Shown: positions 41,601 to 57,000 of the stretch, piece by piece
Position numbering within the stretch: the first letter of the stretch is position 1
How the letters are laid out: each line of letters starts with the position of its first letter
Source: Auanema rhodensis
Taxonomy: Eukaryota; Animalia; Nematoda
DNA: 64,000 nt
Direction: 5' to 3'
Assembly (NCBI GenBank): GCA_964057225.1
Contig: OZ059896.1
Location: 18,476,001 to 18,540,000, forward strand
Program-made: the position numbers and the translations under genes
Notes under the pieces: model-generated
The model's database searches: none
The model's input: the letters and a program-made list of their open reading frames with translations, nothing else
What the model was told of the DNA's origin: nothing

Positions 41601-44600
41601 TGCTCCATATATATTTATATTTTTTTATTTCGTTTTGGTCTATAATAAGGGGTTCACTATCACAACAGATGAGATATATTTTTATTATGAAAATAGGGAA
41701 TTCTTGGAGAATAGTAATGAAATTAATTTTATTTTAAAAATATTCAGGATTGATCATCAAGAGTTTTCATCTTTTTATAAAGAACTTGTTTACATTCAAC
41801 AGTATGTTCACAAAACTGTAAGCTGGACGGCCGGTTCAATGTTTTTTGATGTTTTTTTATTTTTATCATTCAATTTTTCGAAAATTTACCAATGTAGTCA
41901 AGATGATTCTCTGAAAGTATTCCCAAATTTAGAAAAAATGAAAGCAGGCAAACAAATTTTTACTGTGTCAAAGGTAAACATGAGTACTTTTGCTAGCAAT
42001 ACTCGTGATTGTTTCGCACTCTGGACCGGAAATTGTAATATAGCCATCATTTACTCTATATAGGTATACGATTCATTTGCTCCATATATATTTATATTTT
42101 TTTATTTCGTTTTGGTCTATAATAAGGGTTTCAGTATCACAACAGATGAGATATATTTTTATTATGAAAATAGGGAATTCTTGGAGAATAGTAATGAAAT
42201 TAATATTATTTTAAAAACATTCAGGATTGATCATCAAGAGTTTTCATCTTTTTATAAAGAACTTGTTTACATTCAACAGTATGTTCACAAAACTGTAAGC
42301 TGGACGGCCGGTTCAATGTTTTTCGATGTTTTTTTATTTTTCTCATTCAATTTTTCGAAATATTACCAATGTAGTCAAGATGATTCTCTGAAAGTATTCC
42401 CAAATTTAGAAAAAATGAAAACAGGCAAACAAATTTTCACTGTGTCAAAGATAAACATCAGTACTTTTGCTAGCAATACTCGTGATTGTTTCGCACTCTG
42501 GACCGGAAATTGTAATATAGCGATCATTTACTCTATATAGGTATACGATTCATTTGCTCCATATATATTTATATTTTTTTATTCTGTATTGGTCAATAAT
42601 AAGTGGTTCACTATCACCACAGATAAGATATCTTTTTATTATGAAAATGGGGACTTCTTGGAGAATGGCAATGAAATAAATATTATTTTAAAAATATTCA
42701 GGAATGATCATCGAGAGTTTCCATATTTTTATAGAGAACTTGTTTACATTTAACAGTATGTTCACAAAACTGTAAGCTGGACGGCCGGTTCAATGTTTTT
42801 TGATGTTTTTTTATTTTTATCATTCAATTTTTCGAAAATTTACCAATGTAGTCAAGATGATTCTCTGGAAGTAATCCCGAATTGAGAAAAAATGAAAACA
42901 GGCAAACGAATTTTTACTGTGTCAAAGAAAAATATCAGTATTTTTGCTAGCAATACTCGTGATTGTTTCGCACTCTGGACCGGCAATTGTAACATAACGA
43001 TCATTTGCTCTATATATGTTTATATTTTTTTATTTTGTTTTAGTCAATAATAAGCGGTTCACTATCACCACAGATAAGATATGTTTTCTTTATGAAAATG
43101 GGGAATTCTTGGAGAATGGCAATGAAAGTAATATTATTTTAAAAATATTCAGGAATGATCATCGAGAGTTTCCATCTTTTTATAGAGAACTTGTTTACAT
43201 TTAACAGTATGTTCACAAAATTGTTAGCTGGACGGCCAATTCAATTCTTCAGATGTTTTTCTATTTTTATTATAATTTATAGATATTAATCAATGTAGTC
43301 AAGATGATTCGCTGAAAGTATTCCCAAATTTAGAAGAAATGAGAGCAGGCAAACAAATGTTTACTGTGTCAAAGGTAAACATGAGTACTTTTGCTAGCAA
43401 TACTCGTGATTGTTTCGCACTCTGGACCGGAAATTGTAATATAGCCATCATTTACTCTATATAGGTATACGATTCATTTGCTCCATATATATTTATATTT
43501 TTTCATTTCGTTTTGGTCTATAATAAGGGGTTCACTATCACAACAGATGAGATATATTTTTATTATGAAAATAGGGAATTCTTGGAGAATAGTAATGAAA
43601 TTAATATTATTTTAAAAATATTCAGGATTGATCATCAAGAGTTTTCATCTTTTTATAGAGAACTTGTTTACATTCAACAGTATGTTCACAAAACTGTAAG
43701 CTGGACGGCCGGTCTAATGTTTTTTGATGTTTTTTTATTTTTATCATTCAATTTTTCGAAAATTTACCAATGTAGTCAAGATGATTCTCTGAAAGTATTC
43801 CCAAATTTCGAAAAAATGAAAGCAGGCAAACAAATTTTTACTGTGTCAAAGGTGAACATGAGTACTTTTGCTAGCAATACTCGTGATTGTTTCGCACTCT
43901 GGACCGGAAATTGTAATATAGCTATCATTTACTCTCTATAGGTATACGATTCATTTGCTCCATATATATTTATATTTTTTTATTTCGTTTTGGTCTATAA
44001 TAAGGGGTTCACTATCACAACAGATGAGATATATTTTTATTATGAAAATAGGGAATTCTTGGAGAATAGTAATGAAATTAATATTATTTTGAAAATATTC
44101 AGGATTGATCATCAAGAGTTTTCATCTTTTTATAGAGAACTTGTTTACATTCAACAGTATGTTCACAAAACTGTAAGCTGGACGGCCGGTTCAATGTTTT
44201 TCGATGTTTTTTTATTTTTCTCATTCAATTTTTCGAAAATTTACTAATGTAGTCAAGATGATTCTCTGAAAGTATTCCCAAATTTAGAAAAAATGAAAAC
44301 AGGCAAACAAATTTTCACTGTGTCAAAGGTAAACATCAGTACTTTTGCTAGCAATACTCGTGATTGTTTCGCACTCTGGACCGGAAATTGTAATATAGCG
44401 ATCATTTACTCTATATAGGTATACGATTCATTTGCTCCATATATATTTATATTTTTTTTTCTGTATTGGTCAATAATAAGTGGTTCACTATCACCACAGA
44501 TAAGATATCTTTTTATTATGAAAATGGGGACTTCTTGGAGAATGGCAATGAAAGTAATATTATTTTAAAAATATTCAGGAATGATCATCGAGAGTTTCCA

Positions 44601-47600
44601 TATTTTTATAGAGAACTTGTTTACATTTAACAGTATGTTCACAAAACTGTAAGCTGGACGGCCGGTTCAATGTTTTTTGATGTTTTTTTATTTTTATCAT
44701 TCAATTTTTCGAAAATTTACCAATGTAGTCAAGATGATTCTCTGGATGTATTCCCAAATTTAGAAAAAATGAAAGCAGGCAAACTAATTTTTACTGTGTC
44801 AAAGGTAAACATGAGTACTTTTGCTAGCAATACTCGTAATTGTTTCGCACTCTGGACCGGCACTGTAACATAGCGATCATTTACTCTATATAGGTACACG
44901 ATTTATTTGCTCCATATAAGTTCGTATTTTTTTATTCTGTTTTGGTCAATAATAATTGGTTCACTATCACCACAGATAAGATTTGTTTTTATTATGAAAA
45001 TGGGGAATTCTTGGAGAATAGCAATAAAAGTAATATTATTTTGAAGATATTCAGGAATGATCATCGAGAGTTTCCATCTTTTTATAGAGAACTTGTTTAC
45101 ATTCAACAGTATGTTTACAAAACTGTTAGCTGGACGGCCGGTTCAATGTTTTTTGATGTTTTTTCATTTTTATCATTCAATTTTTTGAAAATTTATCAAT
45201 GTAGTCAAGATGATTCTCTGGATGTATTCCCAAATTTAGAAAAAATGAAAGCAGGCAAACTAATTTTTACTGTGTCAAAGGTAAACATGAGTACTTTTGC
45301 TAGCAATACTCGTAATTGTTTCGCACTCTGGACCGGCACTGTAACATAGCGATCATTTACTCTATATAGGTACACGATTTATTTGCTCCATATAAGTTCG
45401 TATTTTTTTATTCTGTTTTGGTCAATAATAATTGGTTCACTATCACCACAGATAAGATTTGTTTTTATTATGAAAATGGGGAATTCTTGGAGAATAGCAA
45501 TAAAAGTAATATTATTTTGAAGATATTCAGGAATGATCATCGAGAGTTTCCATCTTTTTATAGAGAACTTGTTTACATTCAACAGTATGTTTACAAAACT
45601 GTTAGCTGGACGGCCGGTTCAATGTTTTTTGATGTTTTTTCATTTTTATCATTCAATTTTTTGAAAATTTATCAATGTAGTCAAGATGATTCTCTGGAAG
45701 TAATCCCGAATTGAGAAGAAATGAAAACAGGCAAACGAATTTTTACTGTGTCAAAGAAAAATATCAGTATTTTTGCTAGCAATACTCGTGATTGTTTCGC
45801 ACTCTGGACCGGCAATTGTAACATAACGATCATTTGCTCTATATATGTTTATATTTTTTTATTTTGTTTTAGTCAATAATAAGCGGTTCACTATCACCAC
45901 AGATAAGATATGTTTTGTTTATAAAAATGGGGAATTCTTGGAGAATGGCAATGAAAGTAATATTATTTTTAAAATATTCAGGAATGATCATCGAGAGTTT
46001 CCATCTTTTTATAGAGAACTTGTTTACATTTAGCAGTATGTTCACAAAATTGTTAGCTGGACGGCCAATTCAATTCTTCAGATGTTTTTCTATTTTTATT
46101 ATAATTTTTAGATATTAATCAATGTAGTCAAGATGATTCTTTAAAAGTATTCCCAAAATTAGAAGAAATGAGAGCAGGCAAACAAATGTTCACTGTGTCA
46201 AAGGAAAACATCAATACTTTTGCTAGCAATACTCGTAATTGTTTCGCACTCTGGACCGGCAATTGTAATATAGCGATCATTTACTCTATATAGGTATACG
46301 ATATATTTTGCTCCATATATGTTTATATTTTTTTATTCTGTTTTGGTCAACAATAAGTGGTTCACTATCACCACAGATAAGATATCTTTTTATTATGAAA
46401 ATGGGGAATTCTTGGAGAATAGTAATGAAATTAATATTATTTTAAAAATATTCAGGATTGATCATCGAGAGTTTTCAGCTTTTTATAGAGAACTTGTTTA
46501 CATTCAACAGTATGTTCACAAAACTGTAAGCTGGACGGCCGGTCCAATGTTTTTTGATGTTTTTTTTATTTTTATCATTCAATTTTTCGAAAATTTACCA
46601 ATGTAGTCAAGATGATTCTCTGAAAGTATTCCCAAATTTAGAAAAAATGAAAGCAGGCAAACAAATTTTTACTGTGTCAAAGGTAAACATGAGTACTTTT
46701 GCTAGCAATACTCGTGATTGTTCCGCACTCTGGACCGGAAATTGTAATATAGCGATCATTTACTCTATATAGGTATACGATTCATTTGCTCCATATATAT
46801 TTATATTTTTTTATTTCGTTTTGGTCTATAATAAGGGGTTCACTATCACAACAGATGAGATATATTTTTATTATGAAAATAGGGAATTCTTGGAGAATAG
46901 TAATGAAATTAATTTTATTTTAAAAATATTCAGGATTGATCATCAAGAGTTTTCATCTTTTTATAAAGAACTTGTTTACATTCAACAGTATGTTCACAAA
47001 ACTGTAAGCTGGACGGCCGGTTCAATGTTTTTTGATGTTTTTTTATTTTTATCATTCAATTTTTCGAAAATTTACCAATGTAGTCAAGATGATTCTCTGA
47101 AAGTATTCCCAAATTTAGAAAAAATGAAAGCAGGCAAACAAATTTTTACTGTGTCAAAGGTAAACATGAGTACTTTTGCTAGCAATACTCGTGATTGTTT
47201 CGCACTCTGGACCGGAAATTGTAATATAGCCATCATTTACTCTATATAGGTATACGATTCATTTGCTCCATATATATTTATATTTTTTTATTTCGTTTTG
47301 GTCTATAATAAGGGTTTCAGTATCACAACAGATGAGATATATTTTTATTATGAAAATAGGGAATTCTTGGAGAATAGTAATGAAATTAATATTATTTTAA
47401 AAACATTCAGGATTGATCATCAAGAGTTTTCATCTTTTTATAAAGAACTTGTTTACATTCAACAGTATGTTCACAAAACTGTAAGCTGGACGGCCGGTTC
47501 AATGTTTTTCGATGTTTTTTTATTTTTCTCATTCAATTTTTCGAAATATTACCAATGTAGTCAAGATGATTCTCTGAAAGTATTCCCAAATTTAGAAAAA

Positions 47601-48690
47601 ATGAAAACAGGCAAACAAATTTTCACTGTGTCAAAGATAAACATCAGTACTTTTGCTAGCAATACTCGTGATTGTTTCGCACTCTGGACCGGAAATTGTA
47701 ATATAGCGATCATTTACTCTATATAGGTATACGATTCATTTGCTCCATATATATTTATATTTTTTTATTCTGTATTGGTCAATAATAAGTGGTTCACTAT
47801 CACCACAGATAAGATATCTTTTTATTATGAAAATGGGGACTTCTTGGAGAATGGCAATGAAATAAATATTATTTTAAAAATATTCAGGAATGATCATCGA
47901 GAGTTTCCATATTTTTATAGAGAACTTGTTTACATTTAACAGTATGTTCACAAAACTGTAAGCTGGACGGCCGGTTCAATGTTTTTTGATGTTTTTTTAT
48001 TTTTATCATTCAATTTTTCGAAAATTTACCAATGTAGTCAAGATGATTCTCTGGAAGTAATCCCGAATTGAGAAAAAATGAAAACAGGCAAACGAATTTT
48101 TACTGTGTCAAAGAAAAATATCAGTATTTTTGCTAGCAATACTCGTGATTGTTTCGCACTCTGGACCGGCAATTGTAACATAACGATCATTTGCTCTATA
48201 TATGTTTATATTTTTTTATTTTGTTTTAGTCAATAATAAGCGGTTCACTATCACCACAGATAAGATATGTTTTCTTTATGAAAATGGGGAATTCTTGGAG
48301 AATGGCAATGAAAGTAATATTATTTTAAAAATATTCAGGAATGATCATCGAGAGTTTCCATCTTTTTATAGAGAACTTGTTTACATTTAACAGTATGTTC
48401 ACAAAATTGTTAGCTGGACGGCCAATTCAATTCTTCAGATGTTTTTCTATTTTTATTATAATTTATAGATATTAATCAATGTAGTCAAGATGATTCGCTG
48501 AAAGTATTCCCAAATTTAGAAGAAATGAGAGCAGGCAAACAAATGTTTACTGTGTCAAAGGTAAACATGAGTACTTTTGCTAGCAATACTCGTGATTGTT
48601 TCGCACTCTGGACCGGAAATTGTAATATAGCCATCATTTACTCTATATAGGTATACGATTCATTTGCTCCATATATATTTATATTTTTTT
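37660..48690 (+). repeat. 5186-bp 11-mer higher-order repeat, about 2.1 copies
   Basis: ORF pairs 37830/43016/48202, 38327/43513, 39756/44942, 40659/45845, 41133/46319, 42112/47298. Private variants AAGGGTTTCAGTATC (~42124/47310) and CATTTAGCAG (~40841/46027). Confidence 0.94.
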
Positions 48691-51600
48691 ATTTCGTTTT
48701 GGTCTATAATAAGGGGTTCACTATCACAACAGATGAGATATATTTTTATTATGAAAATAGGGAATTCTTGGAGAATAGTAATGAAATTAATATTATTTTG
48801 AAAATATTCAGGATTGATCATCAAGAGTTTTCATCTTTTTATAGAGAACTTGTTTACATTCAACAGTATGTTCACAAAACTGTAAGCTGGACGGCCGGTT
48901 CAATGTTTTTCGATGTTTTTTTATTTTTCTCATTCAATTTTTCGAAAATTTACTAATGTAGTCAAGATGATTCTCTGAAAGTATTCCCAAATTTAGAAAA
49001 AATGAAAACAGGCAAACAAATTTTCACTGTGTCAAAGGTAAACATCAGTACTTTTGCTAGCAATACTCGTGATTGTTTCGCACTCTGGACCGGAAATTGT
49101 AATATAGCGATCATTTACTCTATATAGGTATACGATTCATTTGCTCCATATATATTTATATTTTTTTTTCTGTATTGGTCAATAATAAGTGGTTCACTAT
49201 CACCACAGATAAGATATCTTTTTATTATGAAAATGGGGACTTCTTGGAGAATGGCAATGAAAGTAATATTATTTTAAAAATATTCAGGAATGATCATCAA
49301 GAGTTTTCATCTTTTTATAGAGAACTTGTTTACATTCAACAGTATGTTCACAAAACTGTAAGCTGGACGGCCGGTTCAATGTTTTTCGATGTTTTTTTAT
49401 TTTTCTCATTCAATTTTTCGAAAATTTACTAATGTAGTCAAGATGATTCTCTGAAAGTATTCCCAAATTTAGAAAAAATGAAAACAGGCAAACAAATTTT
49501 CACTGTGTCAAAGGTAAACATCAGTACTTTTGCTAGCAATACTCGTGATTGTTTCGCACTCTGGACCGGAAATTGTAATATAGCGATCATTTACTCTATA
49601 TAGGTATACGATTCATTTGCTCCATATATATTTATATTTTTTTTTCTGTATTGGTCAATAATAAGTGGTTCACTATCACCACAGATAAGATATCTTTTTA
49701 TTATGAAAATGGGGACTTCTTGGAGAATGGCAATGAAAGTAATATTATTTTAAAAATATTCAGGAATGATCATCGAGAGTTTCCATATTTTTATAGAGAA
49801 CTTGTTTACATTTAACAGTATGTTCACAAAACTGTAAGCTGGACGGCCGGTTCAATGTTTTTTGATGTTTTTTTATTTTTATCATTCAATTTTTCGAAAA
49901 TTTACCAATGTAGTCAAGATGATTCTCTGGATGTATTCCCAAATTTAGAAAAAATGAAAGCAGGCAAACTAATTTTTACTGTGTCAAAGGTAAACATGAG
50001 TACTTTTGCTAGCAATACTCGTAATTGTTTCGCACTCTGGACCGGCACTGTAACATAGCGATCATTTACTCTATATAGGTACACGATTTATTTGCTCCAT
50101 ATAAGTTCGTATTTTTTTATTCTGTTTTGGTCAATAATAATTGGTTCACTATCACCACAGATAAGATTTGTTTTTATTATGAAAATGGGGAATTCTTGGA
50201 GAATAGCAATAAAAGTAATATTATTTTGAAGATATTCAGGAATGATCATCGAGAGTTTCCATCTTTTTATAGAGAACTTGTTTACATTCAACAGTATGTT
50301 TACAAAACTGTTAGCTGGACGGCCGGTTCAATGTTTTTTGATGTTTTTTCATTTTTATCATTCAATTTTTTGAAAATTTATCAATGTAGTCAAGATGATT
50401 CTCTGGAAGTAATCCCGAATAGAGAAGAAATGAAAACAGGCAAACGAATTTTTACTGTGTCAAAGAAAAATATCAGTATTTTTGCTAGCAATACTCGTGA
50501 TTGTTTCGCACTCTGGACCGGCAATTGTAACATAACGATCATTTGCTCTATATATGTTTATATTTTTTTATTTTGTTTTAGTCAATAATAAGCGGTTCAC
50601 TATCACCACAGATAAGATATGTTTTGTTTATAAAAATGGGGAATTCTTGGAGAATGGCAATGAAAGTAATATTATTTTTAAAATATTCAGGAATGATCAT
50701 CGAGAGTTTCCATCTTTTTATAGAGAACTTGTTTACATTTAACAGTATGTTCACAAAATTGTTAGCTGGACGGCCAATTCAATTCTTCAGATGTTTTTCT
50801 ATTTTTATTATAATTTTTAGATATTAATCAATGTAGTCAAGATGATTCTTTAAAAGTATTCCCAAAATTAGAAGAAATGAGAGCAGGCAAACAAATGTTC
50901 ACTGTGTCAAAGGAAAACATCAATACTTTTGCTAGCAATACTCGTAATTGTTTCGCACTCTGGACCGGCAATTGTAATATAGCGATCATTTACTCTATAT
51001 AGGTATACGATATATTTTGCTCCATATATGTTTATATTTTTTTATTCTGTTTTGGTCAACAATAAGTGGTTCACTATCACCACAGATAAGATATCTTTTT
51101 ATTATGAAAATGGGGAATTCTTGGAGAATAGTAATGAAATTAATATTATTTTAAAAATATTCAGGATTGATCATCGAGAGTTTTCAGCTTTTTATAGAGA
51201 ACTTGTTTACATTCAACAGTATGTTCACAAAACTGTAAGCTGGACGGCCGGTCCAATGTTTTTTGATGTTTTTTTTATTTTTATCATTCAATTTTTCGAA
51301 AATTTACCAATGTAGTCAAGATGATTCTCTGAAAGTATTCCCAAATTTAGAAAAAATGAAAGCAGGCAAACAAATTTTTACTGTGTCAAAGGTAAACATG
51401 AGTACTTTTGCTAGCAATACTCGTGATTGTTCCGCACTCTGGACCGGAAATTGTAATATAGCGATCATTTACTCTATATAGGTATACGATTCATTTGCTC
51501 CATATATATTTATATTTTTTTATTTCGTTTTGGTCTATAATAAGGGGTTCACTATCACAACAGATGAGATATATTTTTATTATGAAAATAGGGAATTCTT

Positions 51601-52545
51601 GGAGAATAGTAATGAAATTAATTTTATTTTAAAAATATTCAGGATTGATCATCAAGAGTTTTCATCTTTTTATAGAGAACTTGTTTACATTCAACAGTAT
51701 GTTCACAAAACTGTAAGCTGGACGGCCGGTTCAATGTTTTTTGATGTTTTTTTATTTTTATCATTCAATTTTTCGAAAATTTACCAATGTAGTCAAGATG
51801 ATTCTCTGAAAGTATTCCCAAATTTAGAAAAAATGAAAGCAGGCAAACAAATTTTTACTGTGTCAAAGGTAAACATGAGTACTTTTGCTAGCAATACTCG
51901 TGATTGTTTCGCACTCTGGACCGGAAATTGTAATATAGCCATCATTTACTCTATATAGGTATACGATTCATTTGCTCCATATATATTTATATTTTTTTAT
52001 TTCGTTTTGGTCTATAATAAGGGGTTCACTATCACAACAGATGAGATATATTTTTATTATGAAAATAGGGAATTCTTGGAGAATAGTAATGAAATTAATT
52101 TTATTTTAAAAATATTCAGGATTGATCATCAAGAGTTTTCATCTTTTTATAAAGAACTTGTTTACATTCAACAGTATGTTCACAAAACTGTAAGCTGGAC
52201 GGCCGGTTCAATGTTTTTCGATGTTTTTTTATTTTTCTCATTCAATTTTTCGAAATATTACCAATGTAGTCAAGATGATTCTCTGAAAGTATTCCCAAAT
52301 TTAGAAAAAATGAAAACAGGCAAACAAATTTTCACTGTGTCAAAGATAAACATCAGTACTTTTGCTAGCAATACTCGTGATTGTTTCGCACTCTGGACCG
52401 GAAATTGTAATATAGCGATCATTTACTCTATATAGGTATACGATTCATTTGCTCCATATATATTTATATTTTTTTATTCTGTATTGGTCAATAATAAGTG
52501 GTTCACTATCACCACAGATAAGATATCTTTTTATTATGAAAATGG
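45200..52545 (+). repeat. 4709-bp offset (10-mer) partial duplication; ~45200-47835 matches ~49910-52545
   Basis: ORF pairs 45418/50127, 45845/50554, 46319/51028, 46821/51530, 47298/52007. These copies differ slightly more than those of neighbouring HORs. Confidence 0.8.
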
Positions 52546-54084
52546 GGAATTCTTGGAGAATAGTAATGAAATTAATATTATTTTAAAAATATTCAGGATT
52601 GATCATCGAGAGTTTTCAGCTTTTTATAGAGAACTTGTTTACATTCAACAGTATGTTCACAAAACTGTAAGCTGGACGGCCGGTTCAATGTTTTTCGATG
52701 TTTTTTTATTTTTCTCATTCAATTTTTCGAAATATTACCAATGTAGTCAAGATGATTCTCTGAAAGTATTCCCAAATTTAGAAAAAATGAAAACAGGCAA
52801 ACAAATTTTCACTGTGTCAAAGATAAACATCAGTACTTTTGCTAGCAATACTCGTGATTGTTTCGCACTCTGGACCGGAAATTGTAATATAGCGATCATT
52901 TACTCTATATAGGTATACGATTCATTTGCTCCATATATATTTATATTTTTTTATTCTGTATTGGTCAATAATAAGTGGTTCACTATCACCACAGATAAGA
53001 TATCTTTTTATTATGAAAATGGGGACTTCTTGGAGAATGGCAATGAAATAAATATTATTTTAAAAATATTCAGGAATGATCATCGAGAGTTTCCATATTT
53101 TTATAGAGAACTTGTTTACATTTAACAGTATGTTCACAAAACTGTAAGCTGGACGGCCGGTTCAATGTTTTTTGATGTTTTTTTATTTTTATCATTCAAT
53201 TTTTCGAAAATTTACCAATGTAGTCAAGATGATTCTCTGGATGTATTCCCAAATTTAGAAAAAATGAAAGCAGGCAAACTAATTTTTACTGTGTCAAAGA
53301 AAAATATCAGTATTTTTGCTAGCAATACTCGTGATTGTTTCGCACTCTGGACCGGCAATTGTAACATAACGATCATTTGCTCTATATATGTTTATATTTT
53401 TTTATTTTGTTTTAGTCAATAATAAGCGGTTCACTATCACCACAGATAAGATATGTTTTCTTTATGAAAATGGGGAATTCTTGGAGAATGGCAATGAAAG
53501 TAATATTATTTTGAAGATATTCAGGAATGATCATCGAGAGTTTCCATCTTTTTATAGAGAACTTGTTTACATTCAACAGTATGTTCACAAAACTGTTAGC
53601 TGGACGGCCGGTTCAATGTTTTTTGATGTTTTTTCATTTTTATCATTCAATTTTTTGAAAATTTATCAATGTAGTCAAGATGATTCTCTGGAAGTAATCC
53701 CGAATTGAGAAAAAATGAAAACAGGCAAACGAATTTTTACTGTGTCAAAGAAAAATATCAGTATTTTTGCTAGCAATACTCGTGATTGTTTCGCACTCTG
53801 GACCGGCAATTGTAACATAACGATCATTTGCTCTATATATGTTTATATTTTTTTATTTTGTTTTAGTCAATAATAAGCGGTTCACTATCACCACAGATAA
53901 GATATGTTTTCTTTATGAAAATGGGGAATTCTTGGAGAATGGCAATGAAAGTAATATTATTTTAAAAATATTCAGGAATGATCATCGAGAGTTTCCATCT
54001 TTTTATAGAGAACTTGTTTACATTTAACAGTATGTTCACAAAATTGTTAGCTGGACGGCCAATTCAATTCTTCAGATGTTTTTC

Positions 54085-57000
54085 TATTTTTATTATAATT
54101 TATAGATATTAATCAATGTAGTCAAGATGATTCGCTGAAAGTATTCCCAAATTTAGAAGAAATGAGAGCAGGCAAACAAATGTTTACTGTGTCAAAGGTA
54201 AACATGAGTACTTTTGCTAGCAATACTCGTGATTGTTTCGCACTCTGGACCGGAAATTGTAATATAGCCATCATTTACTCTATATAGGTATACGATTCAT
54301 TTGCTCCATATATATTTATATTTTTTTATTTCGTTTTGGTCTATAATAAGGGGTTCACTATCACAACAGATGAGATATATTTTTATTATGAAAATAGGGA
54401 ATTTTTGGAGAATAGTAATGAAATTAATATTATTTTAAAAATATTCAGGATTGATCATCAAGAGTTTTCATCTTTTTATAGAGAACTTGTTTACATTCAA
54501 CAGTATGTTCACAAAACTGTAAGCTGGACGGCCGGTCTAATGTTTTTTGATGTTTTTTTATTTTTATCATTCAATTTTTCGAAAATTTACCAATGTAGTC
54601 AAGATGATTCTCTGAAAGTATTCCCAAATTTCGAAAAAATGAAAGCAGGCAAACAAATTTTTACTGTGTCAAAGGTGAACATGAGTACTTTTGCTAGCAA
54701 TACTCGTGATTGTTTCGCACTCTGGACCGGAAATTGTAATATAGCCATCATTTACTCTCTATAGGTATACGATTCATTTGCTCCATATATATTTATATTT
54801 TTTTATTTCGTTTTGGTCTATAATAAGGGGTTCACTATCACAACAGATGAGATATATTTTTATTATGAAAATAGGGAATTCTTGGAGAATAGTAATGAAA
54901 TTAATATTATTTTGAAAATATTCAGGATTGATCATCAAGAGTTTTCATCTTTTTATAGAGAACTTGTTTACATTCAACAGTATGTTCACAAAACTGTAAG
55001 CTGGACGGCCGGTTCAATGTTTTTCGATGTTTTTTTATTTTTCTCATTCAATTTTTCGAAAATTTACTAATGTAGTCAAGATGATTCTCTGAAAGTATTC
55101 CCAAATTTAGAAAAAATGAAAACAGGCAAACAAATTTTCACTGTGTCAAAGGTAAACATCAGTACTTTTGCTAGCAATACTCGTGATTGTTTCGCACTCT
55201 GGACCGGAAATTGTAATATAGCGATCATTTACTCTATATAGGTATACGATTCATTTGCTCCATATATATTTATATTTTTTTTTCTGTATTGGTCAATAAT
55301 AAGTGGTTCACTATCACCACAGATAAGATATCTTTTTATTATGAAAATGGGGACTTCTTGGAGAATGGCAATGAAATTAATATTATTTTAAAAATATTCA
55401 GGAATGATCATCGAGAGTTTCCATATTTTTATAGAGAACTTGTTTACATTTAACAGTATGTTCACAAAACTGTAAGCTGGACGGCCGGTTCAATGTTTTT
55501 TGATGTTTTTTTATTTTTATCATTCAATTTTTCGAAAATTTACCAATGTAGTCAAGATGATTCTCTGGATGTATTCCCAAATTTAGAAAAATGAAAGCAG
55601 GCAAACTAATTTTTACTGTGTCAAAGGTAAACATGAGTACTTTTGCTAGCAATACTCGTAATTGTTTCGCACTCTGGACCGGCACTGTAACATAGCGATC
55701 ATTTACTCTATATAGGTACACGATTTATTTGCTCCATATAAGTTCGTATTTTTTTATTCTGTTTTGGTCAATAATAATTGGTTCACTATCACCACAGATA
55801 AGATTTGTTTTTATTATGAAAATGGGGAATTCTTGGAGAATAGCAATAAAAGTAATATTATTTTGAAGATATTCAGGAATGATCATCGAGAGTTTCCATC
55901 TTTTTATAGAGAACTTGTTTACATTCAACAGTATGTTTACAAAACTGTTAGCTGGACGGCCGGTTCAATGTTTTTTGATGTTTTTTCATTTTTATCATTC
56001 AATTTTTTGAAAATTTATCAATGTAGTCAAGATGATTCTCTGGAAGTAATCCCGAATTGAGAAGAAATGAAAACAGGCAAACGAATTTTTACTGTGTCAA
56101 AGAAAAATATCAGTATTTTTGCTAGCAATACTCGTGATTGTTTCGCACTCTGGACCGGCAATTGTAACATAACGATCATTTGCTCTATATATGTTTATAT
56201 TTTTTTATTTTGTTTTAGTCAATAATAAGCGGTTCACTATCACCACAGATAAGATATGTTTTGTTTATAAAAATGGGGAATTCTTGGAGAATGGCAATGA
56301 AAGTAATATTATTTTTAAAATATTCAGGAATGATCATCGAGAGTTTCCATCTTTTTATAGAGAACTTGTTTACATTTAACAGTATGTTCACAAAATTGTT
56401 AGCTGGACGGCCAATTCAATTCTTCAGATGTTTTTCTATTTTTATTATAATTTTTAGATATTAATCAATGTAGTCAAGATGATTCTTTAAAAGTATTCCC
56501 AAAATTAGAAGAAATGAGAGCAGGCAAACAAATGTTCACTGTGTCAAAGGAAAACATCAATACTTTTGCTAGCAATACTCGTAATTGTTTCGCACTCTGG
56601 ACCGGCAATTGTAATATAGCGATCATTTACTCTATATAGGTATACGATATATTTTGCTCCATATATGTTTATATTTTTTTATTCTGTTTTGGTCAACAAT
56701 AAGTGGTTCACTATCACCACAGATAAGATATCTTTTTATTATGAAAATGGGGAATTCTTGGAGAATAGTAATGAAATTAATATTATTTTAAAAATATTCA
56801 GGATTGATCATCGAGAGTTTTCAGCTTTTTATAGAGAACTTGTTTACATTCAACAGTATGTTCACAAAACTGTAAGCTGGACGGCCGGTCCAATGTTTTT
56901 TGATGTTTTTTTTATTTTTATTATAATTTATAGATATTAATCAATGTAGTCAAGATGATTCGCTGAAAGTATTCCCAAATTTAGAAGAAATGAGAGCAGG

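Noticed and set aside
55580-55595. Single-base homopolymer differences (e.g. one A missing near 55590) as meaningful variants
   Set aside because: Unless shared between duplicated blocks, they cannot be distinguished from sequencing or consensus error.
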